Assembly: GCF_020745735.1 (NCBI RefSeq)
Contig: NC_083408.1
Coordinates: forward strand, 17,732,484 to 17,796,483
DNA length: 64,000 bases
Source: Hemiscyllium ocellatum
Taxonomy: Eukaryota
Direction: 5' to 3'
Positions 38,892 to 50,329 of this stretch are shown here, in pieces. The notes under the pieces were generated by a model. The model had not been told where the DNA came from, searched no databases, and saw only the letters and a list, made by a program, of their open reading frames with translations. The position numbers and the translations under genes were made by a program. Positions within the stretch are counted from its first letter, which is position 1; each line of letters opens with the position of its first letter.

Positions 38892-39196
38892 GCCTATTGC
38901 ACAGTAATCGATGGGGGTGTCTTCGATCTTCAGGCTCCCCATGTCCGACGCGAAAATGTTGTTTGAAGTGTCTTTGGATACAGTAAATCGCCCCTTAATC
39001 GCAGGTACACAGTAATTGCTGGATTGACTATTGTACTAAATCAGCCAATCCAGAACCTGTCCCGGAACCTGTCGGACCCAGTGCACGTAGCCGCTGCCAA
39101 GATTGAACCCGCTGGTTTTTCAGATCAGCTTCTGGCTGCCTGCAGGAAGGCCAGGCTCTGCCTCTGGCTGAGTCAAAACAACCTCCGACTGCACAC
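38892..39196 (-). pseudogene. VH exon (IgM-type), two nonsense codons
   Basis: [102 protein letters not shown] at 39120-39122 replaces the first conserved Cys; TAG at 39036-39038. AG acceptor intact; 305 nt with no frameshift. Confidence 0.95.
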
Positions 39197-39324
39197 CTTT
39201 AAAATTAAAACAAATAAACCATGAGCATTAATGCTGATGGAATGATGGTTTTGTCTTTTACATACCTGTGGTAGACTAAAATTGAGACAGTAACGAAGAG
39301 AGACTTGAACAAAAAAATACTCTC

Positions 39325-39373
39325 ATGATAAGAAAGTCAGTTACAAACTGAGAAAAAATGTCGACACAATCAT
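39325..39373 (-). pseudogene. VH leader exon, disabled
   Basis: Translates MIVSTFFLSL*LTFLS and continues as (C)VQS in the V exon, matching shark VH signal peptides. In-frame TAA at 39341-39343; donor reads GAGAGT instead of GT-. Confidence 0.88.
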
Positions 39374-39461
39374 TTTTGATAAATTGTGGGAAACGGTTCT
39401 GTCAAGATCTTTCTAAACAAAGCCGACCCAGGAGTGTTGAATTACAGTCCAGTGCCCAGGA

Positions 39462-39469
39462 TTTATATA
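39462..39469 (-). promoter_or_regulatory. TATA box of the VH promoter (TATATAAA)
   Basis: Minus strand reads GGCTATATAAATCC about 90 bp upstream of the leader ATG. Confidence 0.65.
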
Positions 39470-39741
39470 GCCATCGGAAGGGGAAGGCTTACAGCTTCCG
39501 CCTGTTGGTTTCCTGCTGGAGGCTGAGACTGGATCCTGGTATCAGTTTGCACAGCCCAAACACATGGGATCATGTCTTTACATGAGGTAACGCTTAAACA
39601 TGAACATACACATCTTGGGATATTTGTTTTGCTGGATAGCATCTTTGGAATTTTTTGTTTCCAAATTGTGGAAGTAAAATTGAGTAGCTTCAGGTCTGTT
39701 TAACTTGATCGTTGCATGTATTTTGTTTAAAAAAAAAGCAA

Positions 39742-40200
39742 ATTCAACTGGAAGTTAGCTCGCTTTATTTCTACATTAATTCACAAGCAGATAAAAATAA
39801 AATCAAAGTTCAAACATATTACCAGCTAGTCAAACAATTCAGCTTTTTTTTCCCCCGTGGACATTGCAAGTCCCTGTCGCACTACAAAATAACATAGAAT
39901 TCATACGAAACATTTCAAAATTCACATTAGGCAACTGAATTCAAAGCGTGTCCAAAGTGATTATATTGAGAACATTCAATTCGACGTTAACTCCCTTTAA
40001 TTCTACATTCAACCACAAGCAGATAAAGCTAAAAACGAACGTTGGCTAATATTATTAGCCAACAAAATTAGTGACTTTATTTTTGCTGTCACTCAAAGTC
40101 TCTCTCACATTACAAAATAACATACCATTTCTAATCTGCGTTTCTAAATTCCGTTTACACAATCTAATATGGAGCATGTCTAAAGTGATTATGTTCAGTA
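39742..40200. repeat. Diverged ~232-bp tandem duplication upstream of the VH promoter
   Basis: Anchors TTCTACATT..CACAAGCAGATAAA (39769 and 40001), TACAAAATAACATA and GTCYAAAGTGATTAT recur at the same offset. Confidence 0.8.
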
Positions 40201-41339
40201 TGGAAGTGTATGTCACTAAACAGTTTGGTCCTGGAGATTAGAAGCACCTCCTTACATTGCCGAATGTCTCTCCTTGCACCTTTATTTTTCAAATTGCTCC
40301 GACCCTAAAATGAACAGTAAAGGAAAGCTGTGTGCCTGAGAAACAAAATGCGAGTTGGCAGTGATAAATAACACCTAGATAAACTTTTGAAAGAGCACGA
40401 ACGAGAACAGGTCAGTCCATACGTTTTTTTTTATAAATCCTCAACATTTAACCCATTGCAGGTAACCGTCTGGGTATATCAGGAATGTTTAGTTAAATTA
40501 GAGAATATTACAATAAGCGTTACCACAAATATAAATCATAAACAGTACAGTTTTCTGCTCACTGATAGCTCTGACAGGGGCAGTTAACTCATAAAAATCA
40601 GCAAATATTCGCCGGTACACGACACTAATATTAACCATGTAAAAAGGGCCCACACAGTTTTAATGAGCTGCATGAATCAGAGAATGGTACAACAAGTGAT
40701 GTGAGTAAGAACCAATTCAAGTTTCTTAATTTGTTTTGAGATGGCAACAAATGTAATTGCAATGTGAGATTTTGGATCCATTGACTTCATATTCAGGAGC
40801 TTTAAAGATACTCAATAAACAGGCTGAACTAACCAGAACGTCATTGCATTCAATGTCCTGTTTTCTGATCAACATGCAGTGAATGCTGTATTCAGTGACT
40901 TTCCTTTTTAAACAAGAAATGCCAAGTGAAATGTGTCTGTTGTGAGTAAATGGGAAAATATAGTTTGTTTGGTAGGATTTTACTTTCGTTGATGCATTTT
41001 CCCTTTAATCGGCCAGATACAATAGTTGGCATCAATTAAGCTGACTGCAGAAAAGGTCCTTGAGTTTCCAGGTTCATTTACTGGAACCAAGTGAAGTTTC
41101 TGCAGTGGATCAAAGATATTTTGTCTCACTGTTGACCAGTTGTTGGAAAGCCAACTGCAAATCATAACCACCGTGTCCACAATGTTGGAGAAAACTTTAT
41201 TTTTCAGCTGTGTAACTCGGAGAACTGGTCCCTTCTCTCATTGAAGGAAATATTCGCAGGGTCTCAGACATAACCTAAACATCAACAGTTCATTCGAGAA
41301 TCACTGCAGCACTGTTCAATATTGAAATAATTTGATAAA

Positions 41340-41660
41340 TAGTGATAGAGTTATGGAGTGATACAGCATGGTTGCAGACACCTCGGTCCAACCAGTCCAT
41401 GCCAGTCATAATCTCAAAATAAACTAATCACACCTGTGTGCACTTGGCCCATATCCGTCCAAACATTTGATATTCAGTTATTTATCCAAATGTCTTCTAT
41501 AGGTTGTAATTATCCACCACCAAATCATCCCATATACAAACCATTCTCTGTGTGAAAAGTTGTATCTGAAATCTTTTTTTAAAAAAAAATCTCCACTCAT
41601 TGTAAAAACATGTTCCTTATTGTTGAAATCCCGCACTATAGGGAAATACGCCAATGTCCT
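41340..41660 (-). mobile_element. CR1 LINE 3' fragment
   Basis: FRYNFSHREWFVYGM-like ORF2 end and the reverse CR1 3' UTR. Confidence 0.65.
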
Positions 41661-43899
41661 CGTCAAAAACTGAACACAATCTCAGCTCCAAACATTTACA
41701 AAATATCACTATGGATCTGCCTTGAGTCCAAAAAAAGATTGTCCCCTTTCATCAATGATTTCTAAAATTTACTCGCATATCTGTTGTGAAGGACGTTTTC
41801 AAATAACTTCTGAAGTGCAAATGGTTCACATCAATCGGATTAAAGAAACTTTTACTGTGTTACTCCACATGCCAAAAAAAAACAAGCAAGTTTGTTGTCA
41901 CGAATTGCTCTGAGGAAGTCTACGATGGAATCTTTTATCAAATAAAATCATTTCCAATGTTTTGAGGGCTCGTCTATCTTCTGTTCAATGGTCTTAATTT
42001 TAACTTGTGTCTGATTGCAGATGAAACTGGCTGATCTGGGTAAAAGTACATTTATATTATATGGCTTCAAACACCATATAATATAAATGTTCATGTCATT
42101 GCTGATTTATGGGAGAATGATGTGTACACCGTATCTGCTGAAATACCTGCAGTCCCCCCCTGAACCTTGTTCGCAGGTTCATTTGTTGCTCACAAACGCA
42201 ACCAGACATCAGGGAATAGTGAACATCGCCCACCCCACCCCTCCACCTTCCCCCTCTGTACTTTGCACTTTGTGAAATCCGTGTTGTCAATAATCAGCAA
42301 AAAGAAAGGTTTTTTTATACTTTCTTAATTCATGTTGCTGATCTTGGCTGAAGAAAGGTATGTTGCTGTCAGCATTTCTGGGGAATATGTCTGCACTTTT
42401 TCATGTCAGTTTACAATGATATTAAGTCAAGAATAGTCAAAATGCCCTGAGAAACAACGTTTAGAAATGGGCGTATTAGCTCCTCAGGGCTGTACCAACT
42501 GTTTGAATAGTGATATAGTTCTGCCCCTACGTTTTCCCCATAAGTCAGGGTATACAGCATTGGAGATCGTAGCTATGTTGATAATGGATTAGACCCTACA
42601 CAATGTTCCCGAATGTTCACTTCAAGTGCTATCACCGGCAGGGTTTTGGACAACATGCTATAAAGTGGGTGTTGGCTGGAAGGCTCTCTTTTCACGTGAC
42701 ACATGTACGATGGGTGAAGTGATCTCTCTCGGTCGTGAAAACTTTCTACTACTCTAAATTCATCTTTCCTACTTTGTCTCGTTCAGAGGCTCTAATTCAC
42801 ATGATACATACCTTAAATATTCCAAGCATTCGTTTCAATGAGATCAATACACTCCACCTGATAGTCTGGCTAGTGATGTTGAAATTAATGGTCTAATTAA
42901 TGTTGCCAGATGATGCCTGGGACAACATCACATTATTCAACTAAAGTCAGCAATATACATTAACAATGTGAAAGGCACAAACTGTACTTTTACCCAGAGC
43001 AGCCAGTTTCATTTGCAGTCAGACACAAAATTCAGACCATTGCACAGAAGATCGACGAGCCCTCACAACATTGGAAATGATTTTGTTTGATAAAACAGTC
43101 CATCATAGACATGCTTAGAGCAAATCGTGACAACAAACTTGCTTGGTTTTTTTTGTGTGTGGGGCAACACATGAAATGTTACTGTATTCCAATTGATGTG
43201 AACCATTTGCACTTCAAGTTATTTGAAAACATCCTTCACAACAGATATGTGAGCAAATTATAGAAATCATTGATCAAAGGCACAATATTTTTGGGACTCA
43301 AGGAAGATCCAGAGTGATAATTTATAAATGCTTGGAGCTGGGATTGCTCTAAATTTTTAATTAAGACATTGGCATACAGTGTACAACTTCAGAATTCGCT
43401 GTAACATGAAACTCGTAACCACTGTGAACCAAGAAGGCGATGGTTCTGAATTTAACAAGTACCTAGCAAGGTTCATGGAATGGACCGACGAATGATACAT
43501 GAAATTTAACAAAGGAATTTTTGAAATTATTAATTTAGCTAGGAAGAATGTAGAGGCACAAAATTCACATCTCTGTTTGCATTTCAATATACTATAAATT
43601 ACTTTTCTATTATATCCTAAAATATTTGTGTCTTTGATCAATTTTAATCCACTCTATCTTGGTCCGGAGCAAACACAGTTTCTTTATTTTTTTCACTCAA
43701 GACTGTATACTGTATTTTTGCCTCAGTATTGACCAAACTCTGTTTGGTGCAGCTTATATCACTTGAGCTGGAAGTGAATCTCTCCACCTTATATTTCAAA
43801 ATACTCTGTTTGTGCTTAGATCGAAATAAATCCTCTTTATGTTATCCCAAATTCAGGCTTGGCTATTTTGTATTGATTCATTGGAATTGAACAGGAATA

Positions 43900-45020
43900 T
43901 GACTAGCCTGTTCTTGGTGGAGTGGAAGAGCGAGTTAAACTGATCAGTCACAGGGTCGTAGGGTTGGTTGGCGCAGGTGTCCCAGAGATGTTCTATGAAA
44001 TGGGCCGCAATTTAGTGTCCTGTCTCCCTGATGCAGAGGAGACCACATCAGGTGGAACAGACACAGTGGATTACATTTATGGAAGTATAGATAAATTTCT
44101 CTGGGATGTGGAAGGATCATTTGGGGGCTTGGACGGAGGTGAGGTGGGAGGTTAGGGCACAGGTTTTGCACTTCCTGTGGTGGCAGAGGAATGTGACAAG
44201 GGTGGGGAATGGGCTGGTGGGGAAGGCGTGGACCTGACGAGGGAGTCTCGGAGGGAATGGTATCTCCGGAATGCAGATAGGGGTAGGGAAATATAGCCGT
44301 GTGATGGTGTCGGTTTACAGGTGGTAGACGCAGCAGAGAATAATATGATATATGCGAGGTTGGTGCGGTGGAAGATGATGACCAGGAGGGCTCCCTGCGG
44401 CGATTGTAGGGGTGGAGTTCAAGGGCATCGTCAAACACGCGGGAGGGGCAATTGCAGTCTTTGAAAAAGAAGGTTATCTGTGATGTTTTATGATGTAACT
44501 GGTCCTCCAGGGAGCAGATGCAGTGGAGGCAGATGAATTGAGAATAAGGGATGGCATAGTTACAGGAGTTCTGGTGGGAGGAGGTGCAGTCCAGGTAGCT
44601 GTGGGAGTCAGTGGGCTTGTAGTAAATGTTTAGTCGGTCACTGGAGATAGAGGTGGAAAGGTCTAGGAAAGGGAGGCAGGTGTCCAAGATGTTCCCTGTG
44701 AAGGTTAGGGCAGAGTAGATGATTCTAATTAAGTTGATGAACTATTCAACCTCCGAGTGGTAGCATGAAGTGGCGCTGATACAGTCAGTGATGTAGCAGA
44801 GGTAAAGGTAGGCAATGATACCGGTGCAGCTGTGGAAGATTGACTGTTCCACATATCTGACGAAGAGGCAGGCATAACCGGGGTCCATCCAGGCGTACAT
44901 GGCTACCTCCTGGGTTTGGAGGAAGTGGGAGGATTGGAAGGAAATGTACTTGAGGGTTGAGCAGTTGAGCCAAGCAATGTGAGTGTGAGTGGAAGAGTAC
45001 TGCTTGGATTAGCATGACAG
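43900..45020 (-). mobile_element. Penelope-like element fragment (RT core to GIY-YIG), degraded
   Basis: LPFLDLS...IYYKPTDSHSYLDCTSSH...AIPYSQFICLHCIC, plus upstream GYACLFVRYVEQS and a degenerate YIDD motif (YITD). Confidence 0.85.
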
Positions 45021-47499
45021 GAAGAAATGGAGGGTTTCGAGGCCTTTGTCATGGGTTTTGGATGTGTAGAGAACCTGGACATAGTGTTCATTCTCGGGCT
45101 TATCAATAGCTTGCAGTTATTATGGAACTGCAAGGGCAATGGCTGTGAACTCAGAAAAAAAAACAATGCTGAAGTCTCCTGCTTGAGGGAAATTTTGACC
45201 AGAACACTTAAACACCAGAATGTCACTGGAGGAAACGCCAGTGTCACAAATTTTAATAATATTTGCAACTTTGTAAAAAATAGGGATTTTTAGTCATAGT
45301 TTCTGAAATAATCAAGAAAATAATTAACCGTTAGAACAAGCTCTTTCAAAGAGAGAGGATTTTCAAAGTTTGAAACCATACAGTGCTGTGGTTTATTTGA
45401 ATTCAGTGTCGGTCAGAGTTAGATACAGACAAGGTGATCTCTCCATATATTGATTCTGTTAATCTGACACACCAACGTACCTGTCTGTACAACACTGTAT
45501 TATTTGTTTAGTTGATCAAAATTTAGGAAATAGATCAATCAGAATGCATTCGGCTGGGAAGGTGATGGATACAAAAGACAGAATCAAAAACTAGAAAAAT
45601 TAAATCTGAAGAGATAGTAACACGTAGTACAAGATCAAAGACAAGAAAAGGTGTATGTCGATGCGTTCCAGACGTTAGTGAATCGAATGTGCTTGTTAGA
45701 TGGTCGAGAGACCCGTCCAATGACGTCCTGCAATCAGATCGCAAGGTCGATTTGCAAATGTCACTTCAATGTGATCAGTTCACACTCGCTGTCCTGCTAT
45801 ATGCCACATTGTCAGATATTTCCGCCAGATTGCGTCCCCTGGGTTTATTTTCTGATCAGAAGTGAGATGGGAGGCTTGCTGCTGGCACATAAAAACAGGA
45901 AGTTGTGTGCCAGCTGAGAATGATACACAAGGCGCGACTTTTTGTGTTATCAGCACAAACAGTCTTCTTGCCTCTGATGGTGAACACACACTGACAGCAA
46001 CAAGAACAAACGGACAGATTGCTGTTGGTCTTAACATTATATTCAATTCCATTCCCATTTTCCAGAGACGCGAGATTATTTCATCTGGAGTAAATTACCT
46101 GTCAGAGAGATAAGAGGAGTTATCATCGGGTGAAAAGAGCTAAACGACAATATGTAGTTTCGCTCGTAAACCTATGTTTAAAAGTACAAAGCTTGAGGGA
46201 AGTTAATAAACAAATCTAAGACAAAGTATTCATTAATATTCGGAATTGTAAGGTTCAAGCAATAAAATTCAGCATGGCTTTGGTGGAAGTGATATCATCT
46301 CGTAAGTGGTTGATTCTGTTTTCCGGAGAGGCAATGAGATGTGCCATCGGGTGTAAAAAGTGAATGTAATGCTCCTTGACTTCAATCAGGTTTTTGACCA
46401 GATCTTGCATTTTCAATATGTTAAGGGTTCATGGGATCTGATGCAGTTTGGCAAATACATCGAAGGTTTATTTGTTGGCAGAAGGTAATGGACGAAGGTA
46501 GTCATTGTGAAGACATCTTGTACCCAGTGCCTTAATATACGACTTGGTATTGGATTCTTTGCTGTTTGCATCGTATATGAACGATCTAGTCAAGAATGCA
46601 GCAATTTTGATCAGTTAGTTGAAAGATTAGGTGAAAACCGTTAGGTTTTGCAGTTAGTGAGGAGGAAAGCCACTGTGACATCAATGACCTTGCCTGTCGG
46701 AGAGAAGAATTGAATGCAGAACATTATATCCTAAAGTCTGTGAAGTAAGGCCTTTTCGAAACTAAAAAAATTAAGCAAATATACGATGCATTGTTGGAAT
46801 CTACAAAATACAAAGGATAAGCGATCTTCTGTTGTGCATATCCACATCATGGAGGGGGATGGGGTTATAGTCTGTAGATATTGTGGCTAGAACATTAATT
46901 CAGGAAACTGGGGTCTGAGCCCGCAGTACTGCCACATCATGTCGTGAATTAAAGTTGATAATTAAACAACTCATTGGAGGAATATGCTCCACAGATATTC
47001 CCTTGCTCTGTTTTGGAGAGCACAACACATCAGCGCAAAAGTTAAGGCTGAAGCATTCACAACAATCTTCAGCCAGATGTGTCAATTGTCGGATCCACCT
47101 CGGCATCTCCTCGTGATCACCAATATTACAGATACCTGTCAGCAGAGATGTTTTAAAGGTGAAGATACATTTTTTAACAGTAAAGGAATGAACTGTTATA
47201 GTGAGCGATTGGGTGAGTGGAGTCTCAGTCCATTGAAAGATTATCCATGATGTTATTGAAAGGCAGAGCAGACTCATGGGGTCAGATGGCCTACTAATGA
47301 TCGGACTTCTTATGTTTGGATGTTATTATGTTCTAACAGGCCTCCAATCCAAAACGTAATCCTCTCTGTCTACTAAATAAAAACGGAAAGAACTGTGGAT
47401 GTTGTATATCAGAATCAAAAACAGAAACTGCTGGAAATGCTCAGAAGGTCTGGCAGCATATATGGAGAGAAAGGCTAGCCAGTTTATGGTTCTCTGGCT

Positions 47500-49300
47500 T
47501 TTCCATACAACTTCCTTCAAAAATGCTGCCACATTAGTCACTCTCCAGTCTTCTGGCATCTCATCTCTGATTATCAACTATAAGAATATCCCAGCAAGTG
47601 GTCCAAGAATATCTTCCCTAGCTTCCCACGAAGTTCTGGGAAATACCAAATCAGGTCTACTGCATTTATTTCCATTTTTCTATTTTAAGACCTCCAACAC
47701 CTCCTCTTCTGTAAGATGAACTCACTTTAAGATCACATTATTTATTTCCCAAGTTCCTGAGCTTCCATGCTCCCGTCTCCTGTAAGAAGTGATGCAAAAT
47801 ATTTGCTTCGTGTCTCAGCCATCTACTGTGGTTACATGCAGGAAATCCATGTTGATCTTTAAGGGCTGTATTCTCTCCTTAGTTATTCTTTTCACCTTAA
47901 AATAATTTTAGAATCTTTTTGGTTTCTCCTGAATTCTATTTGCCAAAGCAATTTCATGTCCCCATTTTTTCCCTCATGTTTTCCTGTTTATGTGTACTCC
48001 GACTGCCCTTATACCCTTCTCAGGATTCACTCAATCCCAGCTGTCTTTATCTGATGAATGCCCACTTCTTTTTCTGGAGCTTCAATTTCCTTCATCATTG
48101 AGCTTTTCCCATGCCTTGCGCTTCACACAAACAGAGACATAACATCACTGAACTCTCATTGTGTCATTCGTAAAGGCCTCCCACTTGTCAACCATCCCTT
48201 TATCTATGAATAACTTCCCCCAACGAACTTCTGAAAGTCTCATACCATCGAAACTGGCCACACTCCAATTTGAAACATTAATTTTTAAATCAATTATTTC
48301 CTTTATCCTATCCAGTATTACTAAACCAATTCAATTATGATCACTTTCCCTGAATCGTGCCCATATGGACACCTCAGTCATTTGCCCTGACTTGGTTCCC
48401 AACAGAAGGTCAAGTCTTGAAAACTGTCTCGTAGGTGCATCCACATATTGAATAACAAAGTTTTCTTGTACACACTTGACCAATTTCTCCACATTCCAAA
48501 ATCTTAACACTATCCCAAACTCTGTTTGGAAAGTTAAAACTCCCTACCATTTTCTTTTCTTCTTACCGATAACAATACCTCCTTTCATATTTGTTTGTGA
48601 ATTTCTGACTGTCTATTAGGAGGCCCATTTTACAATCCCAGCAAGGTTATCACCTCTTTCCTATTTTTAAGTTTCATCCATATAACTTCACAGGGAAGTC
48701 TCCAAGAAATATCCTCTTTGCATCAAGCCATAATGTTCTGTATAACCAAAAACACCACTCCACCTCGTCTCTTGCTCCTCTGTCTATACATTCTATAGCA
48801 TCCATATCCTAGAACATTAAGCAGCCAGTCCGAATCATCCCTGAGCCACATTTCTGTAATGATAATTATATCCTTGTCCCACATTCCCATCTATGCGCTC
48901 TGCTCATCTGTCTCACATGTCAGGCCTCTTACATCGACGTGAATGCAGTTTAGCAGTCTTAACTCTCTCTTGTTAAACTGTTGCCTGCCTTGACTCCGAG
49001 AATTGCCCACCGCATCTCACCTCAACATTTTCACTTTTCTCACTATCTGGTTGGTTTCCACCATTCCCCCTTGCCAGTTTAAATCCTTCAGCATACTGAT
49101 AGCAAATTTCCTCACCAGAATATCGACCCTCTTCCAATTCAGGTCCCTCTTATACAGGTCATTTCTATCCCTGAAGAGATCCCAATGATTGAAAAATGGG
49201 AATCCTAACTCCTGCAGCAGCTCCTCAGCAACACATTAGCTGCTCTATCTCACTGTTCCTAATCTCAATATTCAATTAGTTTTTAAACAAACCCCAGCAT
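47500..49300 (-). mobile_element. Degraded CR1 LINE(s)
   Basis: EMPEDWRVTNVAAFLK and other ORF2 remnants on the minus strand. Confidence 0.65.
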
Positions 49301-50329
49301 GACATTTGCAATCCTTATTGACAATTGAAATTAAAAGCGAACGTTTTGTAGTTCGGAGTTGTAGACTCCCTGTAGATTTCTGAATTCAATCTCTATCTTG
49401 CCCGTTAAAATGCACAACTTCACTGTTTATGTCTGTTCTCATTTATTTCATCCACATTACATTATTATGCAAGGCTCATTGTTCACTATCTTGTTCTATC
49501 TGTATCCCTCCATAAACTTCTTTTTGTGTCATATTCACCATTTGCCTCCGCTCCAATTTTTGAGTCAATCGCAAACTTGCATACAATATATTCACTTTCC
49601 TCATCTAAGTCATCAATATATATTGTAAATTTTTTGTCTCCAGAACAGATTTATGTGGTGCTCCACAGATTGACATCCTGTAAAATAAAACTCTTAAGCA
49701 AACTTTTCTGATTGAGATTTCAAATGTCCTCTCTCTATGTTAATACAATACCTCCAAAGCCAAGGCTCCTTTCTTATTCAGTAACGTTATGCATGGGTGC
49801 TATCAAACACTTTCAGAATATTAAAACACATTAAAATCATGGTTTCCTCCATTTTCTCAAAGAATTCCAATACTTTTATCAGGCAAGATTTCCATTTTGT
49901 AAAGTGTTATGGTGTAACATCCTTTCTTAAAGACTCAACTATTTCTTCAATAAATTATGTTAAACTACATGGCCTCAGTCAATCTTTTTTGTGCCTTTAC
50001 GTTTTTTGAGTGAAGGTGTTGGTTGAAGGATCTACAATCAGCCCTTACTTCCACCTGCTGGAGAAGTACTGTCATTCCATCTACTGTGAAAATCTCAACA
50101 AAATGTATCTGATGTTCGTTTACTGAGAAAGCAATTCTACAAATGTTCTAGCTCATCACCTTCTGCTGGCGGTCCCAGATTTTACGAAGCAACTCATTGA
50201 AAGTCGACAAGGCTAATTAGCATCAAACCAACATCAATGTTTTAGCAAACATATCTCAATTCCTGGTCACGTCTTTTTGTTCATTTATTTTTAGGATATT
50301 AGCTTCGAAAATGTGCAGTCTGTGTGGCT

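Larger units (their letters stand above)
21241..39373 (-). pseudogene. IGHM: Immunoglobulin heavy chain IgM cluster (L-VH-D1-D2-JH-Cmu1-4/sec-TM1-TM2), germline configuration, pseudogene
   Basis: All segments occur in canonical shark cluster order with RSSs and phase-1 introns. At least 12 stops or frameshifts are spread across L, V, J, Cmu1-3 and TM1, and 3 GT donors are lost. Confidence 0.96.

Noticed and set aside
37632-39196. Germline-joined VDJ or IgM1gj-type gene
   Set aside because: V, D1, D2 and J are separate with RSSs between them, and Cmu2 is present.
39266-39326. Alternative leader exon (ATG at 39326 to the CAG|GTATGT donor)
   Set aside because: It contains an in-frame TAG and resembles shark VH leaders less than 39325-39373 does; it lies within the true leader intron.
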